Assembly (NCBI GenBank): GCA_965217775.1
Contig: CBDCJH010000002.1
Location: forward strand, 1,184,001 to 1,248,000
Direction: 5' to 3'
Length of the DNA stretch: 64,000 bases
Source: Acidobacteriota bacterium
Lineage (GTDB): Bacteria; Acidobacteriota; UBA6911; RPQK01; JAJDTT01
Within the stretch, counting starts at the first letter, position 1. Each line of letters opens with the position of its first letter. Both the position numbers and the translations under genes were made by a program. The notes under the pieces are model-generated. The model saw only the letters and a list, made by a program, of their open reading frames with translations, had not been told where the DNA came from and did no database searches. Below are positions 49,254 to 59,180 of the stretch, one piece after another.

Positions 49254-50275
49254 TTTTTAAGTCCTGATCGCTCGAAGATGCGATCCACCAGAGTATAGGG
49301 GTCCACCTCCCGGTTGGCCATTCGCCGCGCCCATCGATCCAGTTCTCTCGAACCCATATCGTACGCGACCTGCTGAGCCATCCGGTCGCGAATCATCTCC
49401 AGGACTTTCTGCCGGCAGAGGAAGACTCTCCTCCGGGAAGCCGCCCCCTTTTGGTCCGTGAACCTGCGGTACGCTTCCACGGCCTCGGCCACCTCGTCGA
49501 TTCCCTGGCCCCGAGTGGCTACCGTCTGAACGATGGGAGGGTCCCAGCCGTCGTCCCGCGCTGCCAGGGAGAGGACGGCTCGGATTTCCCGCTCCGTCTT
49601 CATGGCGTCGGGGCGATCCGCCTTGTTGATGACGAAGATGTCCCCGATCTCCATGATTCCGGCCTTGATGCTCTGGATGTCGTCTCCCATGCCCGGGACC
49701 AGCAGGACCAGGACCACCTCCGCGGTCCGCACCACGTCGACCTCATCCTGACCGACCCCCACCGTCTCCACCATCAGGCGCTCGAAGCCGCCGGCGGCCA
49801 GCACCAGGAGGGCGTCGTCCACCGCGCTTGAGAGTCCTCCCAGACGGCCCCGCGTGGCCATGCTGCGGATGAAGACTCCCGGGTCGGTGAACAGATTCTG
49901 CATCCGCACGCGATCGCCCAGCAGGGCTCCCCCCGAAAAGGGCGAAGTCGGATCCACGGCCACGATCCCCACCTTCTCGCCGGCCTTGCGATAGTGACGA
50001 GCCAGCGCCTCCACCAAGGTGCTCTTCCCGGAACCGGGACTGCCGGTGATCCCCATCACCCACGAGCCGCCGGTCTTTCGAAAGAGAGCCTTGAGCAGAT
50101 TTCGGGTCGATTCCGTCGGGGAATTCTCGACTTCGGTCAGGGTACGGGCCAACTGGCGCACGTCACCGCGGCAGATGTTCCGAACTTCGTCCCGTCTTTC
50201 CAGATCGGTCACTTTCTCGATCCGCGCCGGTGGTATCAGGCGTATTTCTCGCGCAGAATCCGAGCCCCGCCGCAC
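49250..50275 (-). CDS. meaB: Methylmalonyl-CoA mutase-associated GTPase MeaB; start approximate
   Basis: GSPGSGKST, AVDPTSPFSGGALLGDRVRM, ETVGVGQ, NKAD. Confidence 0.92.
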   Translation of the reverse strand: MRRGSDSAREIRLIPPARIEKVTDLERRDEVRNICRGDVRQLARTLTEVENSPTESTRNLLKALFRKTGGSWVMGITGSPGSGKSTLVEALARHYRKAGEKVGIVAVDPTSPFSGGALLGDRVRMQNLFTDPGVFIRSMATRGRLGGLSSAVDDALLVLAAGGFERLMVETVGVGQDEVDVVRTAEVVLVLLVPGMGDDIQSIKAGIMEIGDIFVINKADRPDAMKTEREIRAVLSLAARDDGWDPPIVQTVATRGQGIDEVAEAVEAYRRFTDQKGAASRRRVFLCRQKVLEMIRDRMAQQVAYDMGSRELDRWARRMANREVDPYTLVDRIFERSGLKK

Positions 50276-51324
50276 ATGGCCTTGAGCTTCAGGTAGGCCT
50301 CGTCCAGGTCCATGGGATTGAGACTGGACGGGGCGAATCCACAGTCGGGGTTCAGGGTGATCCGTTCCGGCGGGACGAACTCCAGGGCCCGCTCGACACG
50401 GCCGACCACTTCCTCAGGAGTCTCCACATGCCGGTCGGTGTGGTCGATCACTCCCAGCCCGAGAAGCTTGTCCGGGGGAAATCGCCGGAGGCTCTCGACG
50501 CCGCCGGCATCCGGTGTGGCGAACTCCATGGCGATGCGATCCACGTTCATCTCTCCCAAGGCGTCCATGATGAGATGGTACGGACCGCGTGTGGAGTGGG
50601 CCCGGTTGAAGTGGGCGTGGCAGAGGTGGACGCTGATGAAGGCCCCCTCGAATCCTCGGACCGTCGCATTGAAACAGTCGACGCACAGAGAGATCTCCTG
50701 CTCGATGTCGACAATGCCCTCACGTTCCCGGTAGTCGGCATCCACCAGCAGCGCCAACCAGGGATCGTCCAACTGGATGGCATCGACGCCACAGGCGATG
50801 AGCTCCCGGATTTCCCGGCGCAGGAAGGGAATGCAGGCGTGCATGAAGGCCTCCCGGGTGGGGTAGGCCCCGGTCGAATACCGGGGGTCCCACATCCGCC
50901 GGCCCAAAGTGTAGGCGGAGGGGACGGCGGCCAGAATCCGCCGGTCCGTATGCTCGCGGACGAAACGGACTTCGCCCACGGCCATGAAACGGTGGGCCTT
51001 CATCTCGGACACGACGGAAGGGTATCTGAGCTGGGGGAAATTGGAGGCTCCGGCCGAGACCGTATCGTTCTCGAAGCCGGAGACCGCCTCGGAGAAGACC
51101 TTCATGTAGCTCTCGCGGCGCCATTCCCCATCGGAGACGTAGTCGAGGCCGGTCCGTTCCTGCATCTTCAGGTTCGACGGAATCGCTTCGTTCAGAAGTC
51201 GGTCCGCTTCGGTGGCATCGATATGTCCCGCCTTCCGGTCTTCGATCAGTTCGCGTATCCACTCCGGCCGGGGGAGGCTTCCGACCACCAGGGTAGGGAA
51301 GGGGTGAGGGATCGTTTCCTTCAT
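50236..51324 (-). CDS. Cobalamin-independent methionine synthase II family protein
   Basis: VVGSLPRP, SDGEWRR, HLCH Zn site, NPDCGF. Confidence 0.88.
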   Translation of the reverse strand: MKETIPHPFPTLVVGSLPRPEWIRELIEDRKAGHIDATEADRLLNEAIPSNLKMQERTGLDYVSDGEWRRESYMKVFSEAVSGFENDTVSAGASNFPQLRYPSVVSEMKAHRFMAVGEVRFVREHTDRRILAAVPSAYTLGRRMWDPRYSTGAYPTREAFMHACIPFLRREIRELIACGVDAIQLDDPWLALLVDADYREREGIVDIEQEISLCVDCFNATVRGFEGAFISVHLCHAHFNRAHSTRGPYHLIMDALGEMNVDRIAMEFATPDAGGVESLRRFPPDKLLGLGVIDHTDRHVETPEEVVGRVERALEFVPPERITLNPDCGFAPSSLNPMDLDEAYLKLKAMCGGARILREKYA

Positions 51325-51687
51325 GCTGCATTCGCTCCTGGAGCCTCTCGCCATTGGGTTTCCTTGGATCGGCCTCGCATTCTTCCCCGGGCCGCGGCAA
51401 ATGCTGCCGGCGCCCAGTCTACTATGAGCCGGCTCCGGGAGTCCGGGGTGAGGGTCACAAGAGACGGATTCGGGGGTGTTGCCGGGGACTGAAAAGGCTC
51501 GAGGAAGGGTCTATCCACCGGCATTGGACCAACCTCGCCAGACTCCGGAGTGAGATCCGGTTCCCCGCCCCCCGGCGTCGTTTCGACGGAGGATCCGGGT
51601 GCGCTACGCTCAGTCGCTGCCGGCGAGGGCGGTCCGGGTGGAATATTTCACTAAATTATCACTATATCAACCAAAATATCACTCGGA

Positions 51688-54600
51688 TTGCACTCTGGTG
51701 CTCCAAAATCGTCCGGGTTGCTCCTTACAATTGACACATTGTCTATTGCACAGAACTCATCTGCTATAGAATTGAAGGACACTGTCGCCTTTTCCGAGCT
51801 TCTCCACTACAGGGCCGAATGGTCAAGTGAGTGTAAGGAGCCATGTGAGCGTCACGTGGCGTTTCCCGGTCGTTGTCCCACTGAGAGGAACGCATGGGGT
51901 GAGAGACCGGAAGACCTAACCAGGCATCTCAGCACATTTTGCGGTGCCTGGCCATTGCTCCTCCTGCTGCTGGCCGGCGCGCCCACCATCCTGCACGCAC
52001 AATCCTCGCCCTCGATATCGGTCGAGCTGTCGCCGGGTCACCATGTGCCGCCGAAGACGGCGATCACCGCCACGATTACGTTGAGCAATCTGGACATCGA
52101 CAGCTACTCCTCCGTCATCTTCCGCGCTGATCTGACCGTGTACGGCAAGGGGGAAACGAGGTGCAACGGGGACGACACCGGTAAGGACATCGAGATAACG
52201 GTGGAGGACAGCCAGGAAGTTTTCACAGCGAAAGTTTACAACGCCTGTTCCTACGATACCTATGGGAACTACACGCTCAATGCCAGGATATTCCAGGTGG
52301 ATACGTCGGCGCCCAGCGACAAGGTTGAACTCGCGGCGGCGAGCACGCGGTTCTTGATGTCCAGATTTCTTATGCCCGGAGAGGTGCCGGCGCCTCCCCC
52401 CGCTCTCGGGGTAAAGGCATGGTTGGACCCGGACCCCACAAGTTTTGTCATGTACGTCGGAGAGTGGCATGAATTTCGCGTTCGTAGTGACATTCTGCTC
52501 TACCTCAGCGACCATCTCGGCGTGGAAATGGGGGGTAGCGAACCTGAATTCTTCGTCGCCCCCGGGGAAGTTACTCCATCAAAATCCGTTGAGGAAGCCT
52601 GTCAAGGTCCCTATTTCCTTGACCCGAATTGGCGCCGCGCCATCCATCAGGCGCTCTGGATAGGTGCCTGTAAGGCCGGCGACGGAGTCATTCAGGTTCG
52701 GCATGAAACCGACGCAGTTGAGCCGCTGTACAGGTATGAGATTCGGACAGTGGCGAGGGGGGAGGACAATACGCCGGTGGTGGACGCGGTGGCCATCACC
52801 TCGAACTCGGGGGCGGACGCGACCTACGCCGCGGGTGAGACGATCCAGGTGACGGTGACGTTCAGCAAAACGGTGGCTGTGACAGGAAGTCCACGCTTGA
52901 CGCTGAATGTGGGCGGCCGCAATCGAACGGCGACCTACCGGAGTGTCACGGGGGCGGCAGTCGTGTTTGCCTACACGGTGGCCATTGGCGACAACGACAC
53001 GGACGGGGTGAGCATCGGGGCAGACAGTCTGGCGCTGAATGGAGGGTCGATCAGGGATGGCTCAGGCGACGCTGACCTGGATCATCCAGCTTTGGAGGAC
53101 GATACGCAGCACAAGGTGGACGGTATCAAACCCGTACTGGCGAGCACCGACGGGGCGGTCGCCAACGGAACGATGCTGACGCTGGCCTACAATGAGCCTC
53201 TGGATACGTCTTCGGCGCCGGAGAACGACGCCTTCACCGTGACGGGAGGGAGTGAATCGCGGACGGTCATCGGTGTCCGGCTGCGCGGGAGTTCGGTAGA
53301 GCTGACCCTGATTCCGGCGGTGGAGCACGGGGAGACGGGCCTGCGGGTGAGCTACACGGTGCCGACCGGGGCGGGAGCGACTCCGATCCAGGACTCGGCG
53401 GGCAACGACGCGGACCGGGTGAGCAACCGGTCGGTCACCAACGTCACGGGAGACACGACGGGGCCGACGGTCGAGACGGTGAGAATCACCTCGAGTGCGG
53501 GATCGGATCGGATCTACGGAGTGGAAGATCCCATCGAGGTGACTGTAACGTTCAACGAGACGGTGGTGGTGACGGGAACCCCACGGCTGATGCTGAACGT
53601 GGGCGGCCGGAGTCGAACGGCCGACTACCTGAGTGTCACGGGGGCGGCCGTGAAGTTCGAGTACAGGGTCGCCCGGGGCGACAGCGACCGGGACGGGGTG
53701 AGCATCGAGGCGGACAGCCTGTCGGGCGGTGGAGGCACGATCCGCGACGGTGCCGGGAATGACGCGCAGCTCGACCAGGCGGCGGTGGCGTCCGACTCCC
53801 GGCACAAGGTGGACGGGATTCCGCCGGCGCTGGCCACGACCGACGGGGCCGTGGTGAACGGAACGAGGCTGACGCTGGCCTACAGCGAGCCGCTGAACTC
53901 GTCCTCAAGGCCGGCGGCGAGCGCCTTCACCGTGACCGGGGGGAGTGAGGCCCGAATGGTTACTCGGGTCCAGGTGAGCGGAAACGCGGTCTTGCTGACG
54001 TTGAACCCGGCCGTAACGGACGGGGAGAGCGGCCTCCGGTTGAGTTACCAGCCGGGCGGGAACCCCATCGAGGACGTCGTGGGCAACGCCGCGGACGAGC
54101 TGAACAACCGACGGGTCACGAACCGGACGGGGGACACGACGGGACCGACGGTCGAGACGGTGAGGATCACCTCCAATGCGGGGTCGGACCGGACCTACGC
54201 GGCCGGCGAGACCATCGAAGTGACGGTGACGTTCAGCGAAACGGTGGTGGTGACGGGGACGCCGCGGTTGACGTTGAACCTGGGCGGCCGCAGCCGGACG
54301 GCCAACTACCAGGACGTCACGGGGGCCGCCGTGAGGTTCGAATACAAAGTGGTCTCCGGGGACAGCGCCGCCTACGGGGTGAGTATTGAAGCGAATCGAC
54401 TGTCCAGCGGTACGATCCGGGACGGCGCCCGGAACAACGCCGTGCGGAACCACGCGCCGGTAGCGGCCGATTCTCAACACAAGGTGGATGGGGTCAAGCC
54501 CACACTGGCGAGCAGCGACGGCGCGGTCGTGAACGGGACGACACTGACTCTGGCCTACGGCGAGCCGCTGGATTCCTCTTCGGTGCCGGCGACGGACGAC

Positions 54601-57600
54601 TTCACCGTGACGGGAGGGAGTGAGACGCGCACGGTCACCGGCGTCAGGGTGAGCGGAAGCGCGGTGTTCCTGACGCTGAGTTCGGCCGTCGCGGATGGAG
54701 AGAGCCGCCTCCGTTTGAACTATGAGCCCGGGTCGGATCCGATTCAGGACACCGCAGGCAACGACGCGGACCGGCGGAGCAACAAGAGCGTCACGAACCG
54801 GACGGGAGACACGACGGGACCGGCCGTGTCGACGGTTCGGATCATCTCGAGTGCAGGGTCGGATCGGACCTACGGCGTGGACGAAACCATCGAGGTGACG
54901 GTGACGTTCGACGAGACGCTGGTGATCACCGGAACGCCCGAACTGACGTTGAACTTGGGCGACCGGAACCGGACGGCAGAGTACCGGAGCGTCTCGAGCC
55001 GAGCGGTGAAGTTCGCCTACCGGGTGGTCACTGGGGACAACGATGAGGACGGGGTGAGCATCGGGGCGAACCGGCTGTCGCGAAGCGGCGGGACGATCCG
55101 CGACGGGGCGGGCAATGATGCCACCTTGGACCATGATGCGGTGGCGGACAGTTCGAGCCACAAGGTGGATGCGGTCACCCCGTTGTTGGCCGATACGGAT
55201 CCGGCGGTGGTCAACGGGACGACGCTGACGTTGACGTATAACGAACCCCTGAATACGTCCTCACGACCAGCGACGAGCGACTTCACTGTAGCCGGGGGGA
55301 ACGAGACCCGCACCGTGAACCGGGTTCGGGTGAGCGGGAGCACGGTGCGGCTCACGGTGAATCCAGCGGCGGAGCACGGAGAGACGGGCATCCGGGTGAG
55401 CTACGAGTCGCGATCGAATCCGATCCAGGACCGGGTGGGCAACGATGCCGAGGCCTTCAGAGACGAGTTCGTGGACAACCAGACGCCGGACACGACGGCC
55501 CCGTCGATCGTAGGGATCGAGATCAGCTCGAACCCGGGGCCGGACGAGACCTACGCGGTCGACGACATGATCTCGGTGACGGTGAGGTATAGCGAGACGG
55601 TGACGGTGGACACCATTCGCGGAACGCCGACGTTGGATCTTCTGGTGGGGACCCGGCGGAAGCGGGCCAGCGCCAGTGTCGGGTCGGACCAGCCGGCCGT
55701 GGTGTTCGTCTACACGGTGGAGAAGGGAGACGAGGACGAGGACGGATTGAGCGTCCCGCGCGGGAGCATCGCGCTCAACGGGGGGAAGATCCTGGATCTG
55801 GCGGGCAACCCGGCGGCGCGGAGCTACGAGGCGGTGGAGGCGCAGTCGGACCACAAGGTGGATGCGAGCGTGCCGGAACTGGCGGGCGTGACGGTGCATG
55901 GCTCATGGGTGGCGCTGACCTACGACGAGGCGCTGGATGAGGGCTCGACACCATCGCGGTTCGATTTCGCGGTGACGGTGGCCGGGGATGATCGAACGGT
56001 GGACCAGGTCCGGGTAAGGGGAAACAGCGTCACCTTGATGCTGGCCCCGACGGTGACGGCCGGCGAGACCGTATTGGTGAGCTATACGCCGGGGTTCAAC
56101 CCGATCCAGGACGAGGTGGGCAACGCCGTGGAGGGGTTGACCGATCGACGGGCGGACCCGCCCCTGGTGACCATCCAGGCCAAGGAGGGATCCGAGACGT
56201 TGACGGAAGGCGACACCGTGGAGTTCACCCTGACGCGGGGACCCCCGACGGAGGCCGCGCTGACGGTGAATCTGGAGGTCACGGAGACGAGATCGATGAT
56301 CGAGACCTCGGGCGGGTACGAACCGCCGGAGGAGGTGGAGTTCCGGACCGGACAGGAGACGGCGACGCTGCAGGTTTTGACCGACGATGACGACGTCGCC
56401 GAATCCACCAGCCGGGTCACCGCCCGGCTGCTGCCGGGAGACGAGTACCGGCTGGGACCCACTTCGACCCAGAGCGCCCGGGTGACGGTCCAGGACAACG
56501 AAGTCTCGGCCCCGCCGCCACCACCTCCTCCACCGCCACCGCCGCCGCCGCCACCACCACCTCCTCCTCCGCCGCCACCACCCGTGCCGGCTCCAACAGC
56601 GCCTACAGCGCCCTTGAACCTCCAGGCAGAGGCCGGGGACGGTGAAGTGACGCTCTCCTGGCAGGCCCCCGAGAGCGACGGCCGCTCTGCACTCACCGGC
56701 TACGAGGTCCGGATCGACCGGATCGGGGAGTGGACCCCCATCGGTTCCACGGACCTGAGCTATTCCGTCAGCGGACTGACCAATGGCCGGACCTACGTCT
56801 TCGAGGTCCGGGCCGTGAACGAGGTCGGCCAGAGTCCTCCCTCCAGCCCGGTCGAGGCCACGCCCATGGCCGAGGAGGTGATCTTGGAGTTCGCCCATTT
56901 CGGCAACGGGTATTCGGGCAATGACGTGCTCATCACCTCCGACCTGGTGCTGGTGAACGTGGCCGAGTCGGAGATCCGTCCCGTCGTCTATTTCTTCGAC
57001 GGGGACGGAGAACTGTTTGAGGCCGAGTCCGTGGTGGATGTCGGAGACGATCTGGAGATCCGGGAGGACGGAGGGCTGTCGCCCCGGACAGAGATCGCGT
57101 CGCTGGGCGAGCTGACGATCTCGACCCACGGCCGGGGCGAATTGGTGACGGGGTCGGTGCGGGTGGTTTCGGACGGTCCCATCGGGGGCGTGGTGCGCTT
57201 CGACATCCCCGGGATCGGGGTCGCCGGCGTCGGAGCCAGCGAACCCACCAGGGACGCCCTGTTCCCGGCCCGGCGGCAGGCGGGCGGGATCCGCACCGCG
57301 GCAGCGATCCACAACCTGGGTCCGGAAGCGGTGAACGTGCAGTGCCGGTTGCTGAAGGACGGAAGCGTGCTGGAAGAGGGGGAGATCGAACTCAGCGCCA
57401 ACGGGCAGGACGCCCAGTTCATCGAGGAGCTGTTCACCGCGACCGACACCACGGACTTCGTGGGGTCGGTGCGCTGTACGGTCCCGGCCGGTGAGTCGTT
57501 CACGGGAGTGGCGGTGGAGCTGGATGCGGGCAACCGGATCTTCACCACGCTGCCGGTGGTGCCGATCGGCCCGGAGGCTACCGAAGACCAGGGAACGACG

Positions 57601-58293
57601 CTCAACTTCGCGCACTTCGCCAACGGAACTTCCGGCGACGGGACCTTGATCACGTCGGACCTGGTGCTGGTGAACGTGGCGGCGTCAACGGTCCGTCCCG
57701 CCATCTACTTTTACGATCAGCGTGGGCAACTGTTGGAGCCGGAATCGATGGTGGACGTCGGAGACGACCTTCTGGTCCGAGAGGACGGCGGTCTGACGGT
57801 TCGAACGGCCATGGCCCGACTGGGCGAGCTGGCGATCTCGACGCATGGGAGGGAAGAGGTGGTGGCGGGATCGGTGCGAGTGGTCGCGAATGGACCCGTC
57901 GGCGGCGTCCTGCGCTTTGACATCCCGGGCGTGGGCGTGGCCGGAGTGGGAGCGAGTCAACCCACGTCGGACGCGCTGTTTCCGGCTCGCAGGCAAGAGA
58001 GAGAGGTCCGCACGGCAGCGGCGATCCGGAACCTGGAAGCAGTACGGGCGACGGTTCGCTGCCGGTTGATGAGTGGGGGCGAGGAACTGGAGGAGGTGGA
58101 CATCCCACTCAACGGCCATGGACAGTACGCCCGCTTCATCGACGAAGTGTTCACGAGGACGGATACGGCGGACTTCGCAGGGTCGGTCAGGTGCACGGCG
58201 CTCGGGAAAGGAATGTTCACCGGAGTCGCGGTGGAGCTGGACACGGGTAACCGGATCTTTACGACCTTGCCGGTGGTTCCGGTTCCAAGATGA
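51688..58293 (+). CDS. Large surface protein/adhesin: five Ig-like+SwmB modules, Calx-beta-like domain, poly-Pro linker, FN3, duplicated C-terminal domain; start uncertain
   Basis: Signal-like LLLLLLAGAPTILHA; about 226-aa tandem modules; FN3 VTLSW...YVFEVRAVN; two FAHF.NG...TTLPVVP repeats. Confidence 0.88.
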   Translation: MHSGAPKSSGLLLTIDTLSIAQNSSAIELKDTVAFSELLHYRAEWSSECKEPCERHVAFPGRCPTERNAWGERPEDLTRHLSTFCGAWPLLLLLLAGAPTILHAQSSPSISVELSPGHHVPPKTAITATITLSNLDIDSYSSVIFRADLTVYGKGETRCNGDDTGKDIEITVEDSQEVFTAKVYNACSYDTYGNYTLNARIFQVDTSAPSDKVELAAASTRFLMSRFLMPGEVPAPPPALGVKAWLDPDPTSFVMYVGEWHEFRVRSDILLYLSDHLGVEMGGSEPEFFVAPGEVTPSKSVEEACQGPYFLDPNWRRAIHQALWIGACKAGDGVIQVRHETDAVEPLYRYEIRTVARGEDNTPVVDAVAITSNSGADATYAAGETIQVTVTFSKTVAVTGSPRLTLNVGGRNRTATYRSVTGAAVVFAYTVAIGDNDTDGVSIGADSLALNGGSIRDGSGDADLDHPALEDDTQHKVDGIKPVLASTDGAVANGTMLTLAYNEPLDTSSAPENDAFTVTGGSESRTVIGVRLRGSSVELTLIPAVEHGETGLRVSYTVPTGAGATPIQDSAGNDADRVSNRSVTNVTGDTTGPTVETVRITSSAGSDRIYGVEDPIEVTVTFNETVVVTGTPRLMLNVGGRSRTADYLSVTGAAVKFEYRVARGDSDRDGVSIEADSLSGGGGTIRDGAGNDAQLDQAAVASDSRHKVDGIPPALATTDGAVVNGTRLTLAYSEPLNSSSRPAASAFTVTGGSEARMVTRVQVSGNAVLLTLNPAVTDGESGLRLSYQPGGNPIEDVVGNAADELNNRRVTNRTGDTTGPTVETVRITSNAGSDRTYAAGETIEVTVTFSETVVVTGTPRLTLNLGGRSRTANYQDVTGAAVRFEYKVVSGDSAAYGVSIEANRLSSGTIRDGARNNAVRNHAPVAADSQHKVDGVKPTLASSDGAVVNGTTLTLAYGEPLDSSSVPATDDFTVTGGSETRTVTGVRVSGSAVFLTLSSAVADGESRLRLNYEPGSDPIQDTAGNDADRRSNKSVTNRTGDTTGPAVSTVRIISSAGSDRTYGVDETIEVTVTFDETLVITGTPELTLNLGDRNRTAEYRSVSSRAVKFAYRVVTGDNDEDGVSIGANRLSRSGGTIRDGAGNDATLDHDAVADSSSHKVDAVTPLLADTDPAVVNGTTLTLTYNEPLNTSSRPATSDFTVAGGNETRTVNRVRVSGSTVRLTVNPAAEHGETGIRVSYESRSNPIQDRVGNDAEAFRDEFVDNQTPDTTAPSIVGIEISSNPGPDETYAVDDMISVTVRYSETVTVDTIRGTPTLDLLVGTRRKRASASVGSDQPAVVFVYTVEKGDEDEDGLSVPRGSIALNGGKILDLAGNPAARSYEAVEAQSDHKVDASVPELAGVTVHGSWVALTYDEALDEGSTPSRFDFAVTVAGDDRTVDQVRVRGNSVTLMLAPTVTAGETVLVSYTPGFNPIQDEVGNAVEGLTDRRADPPLVTIQAKEGSETLTEGDTVEFTLTRGPPTEAALTVNLEVTETRSMIETSGGYEPPEEVEFRTGQETATLQVLTDDDDVAESTSRVTARLLPGDEYRLGPTSTQSARVTVQDNEVSAPPPPPPPPPPPPPPPPPPPPPPPPVPAPTAPTAPLNLQAEAGDGEVTLSWQAPESDGRSALTGYEVRIDRIGEWTPIGSTDLSYSVSGLTNGRTYVFEVRAVNEVGQSPPSSPVEATPMAEEVILEFAHFGNGYSGNDVLITSDLVLVNVAESEIRPVVYFFDGDGELFEAESVVDVGDDLEIREDGGLSPRTEIASLGELTISTHGRGELVTGSVRVVSDGPIGGVVRFDIPGIGVAGVGASEPTRDALFPARRQAGGIRTAAAIHNLGPEAVNVQCRLLKDGSVLEEGEIELSANGQDAQFIEELFTATDTTDFVGSVRCTVPAGESFTGVAVELDAGNRIFTTLPVVPIGPEATEDQGTTLNFAHFANGTSGDGTLITSDLVLVNVAASTVRPAIYFYDQRGQLLEPESMVDVGDDLLVREDGGLTVRTAMARLGELAISTHGREEVVAGSVRVVANGPVGGVLRFDIPGVGVAGVGASQPTSDALFPARRQEREVRTAAAIRNLEAVRATVRCRLMSGGEELEEVDIPLNGHGQYARFIDEVFTRTDTADFAGSVRCTALGKGMFTGVAVELDTGNRIFTTLPVVPVPR
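56512..56583 (+). repeat. 24-codon polyproline tract
   Basis: CCN x24 with mixed third positions. Confidence 0.95.
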
Positions 58294-58514
58294 GTTCTCG
58301 ACGACAGGCAGGTTGGATCGGCATCCGTGGCCGGTCCCGGTGACGGCCCCGTCGTCGTCTTTTAGTGGCGACGCAGATGATTGCGCTCGCCGCGTCGAAA
58401 ACAGTTCTCGTCCCGAACGACCGGGTGGCCGACCATACTGCCACGTCGCAAAAAAGGACATTCTGACGGCATCCGGCTTGAGACCCTTGGCGACATCTGT
58501 TAAGACCGGGACTC

Positions 58515-59180
58515 ATGGGCACTATCCGGAATTTGGTCTTGGGTTCTTGGCCGGCAATCTTCTTCTTGTACCCGCCTGCTCTGGCAGGGGCTGTCGAAAC
58601 TATTGGGGTCGAGGTCGGTTCCGATCGACTGGAGGTTGAGGTTCCCGAGTGTCTCGAGCTCCTCTTCAACCGGATGACTCCGGTGCCGGTCCGGGTGAGC
58701 AATCGGACCGAGGAAGATATCGAGCTTTCCGTAACCACCCGTTCCGATGTCATGGGCTTGGTCCCCTTTCGGGAACGGACACCTGCGGGCAGTAGCGCGG
58801 AAGCGGGACAACTGATCCTGATCCCACTCATGGCCGGAGAGTGGGATGCGGAACTGATTCTGACCGCCGGGGACCGCTCACGGACCTGGAACCAGCGCTT
58901 CTGCGTCCTGCCGCCGGCCCGTCTGCACGCCCGGGTCCGTGATGCGGCGAATCGAGTGGTGCCCGCCCGGGTCCGGGTGACCGGCGCGGATGGACGTCAT
59001 TACGCTCCGGACGGATACGGCGCAGGCGAGTTCAGGACGGAAGGACTGTTCGAGTTGCTGGTTCCGGCAGGCGAGGCCACGGTTTCCGTCCGTCCCGCGG
59101 ACCGGGACGGACCGGCGCGCGAGACCCGAGTCGATCTTCCCGTCAACCGCACGGTATTCGTCGAGCTGCCGCTCCCATGA
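58515..59180 (+). CDS. Secreted hypothetical protein coupled to the downstream metallohydrolase
   Basis: Signal-like N-terminus; PARVRVTGADG domain; ATGA overlap with the next gene. Confidence 0.7.
   Translation: MGTIRNLVLGSWPAIFFLYPPALAGAVETIGVEVGSDRLEVEVPECLELLFNRMTPVPVRVSNRTEEDIELSVTTRSDVMGLVPFRERTPAGSSAEAGQLILIPLMAGEWDAELILTAGDRSRTWNQRFCVLPPARLHARVRDAANRVVPARVRVTGADGRHYAPDGYGAGEFRTEGLFELLVPAGEATVSVRPADRDGPARETRVDLPVNRTVFVELPLP

Noticed and set aside
51325-51690. SAM or cobalamin riboswitch upstream of the MetE-like gene
   Set aside because: No recognisable conserved cores by eye; an Rfam scan would be needed to exclude it fully.
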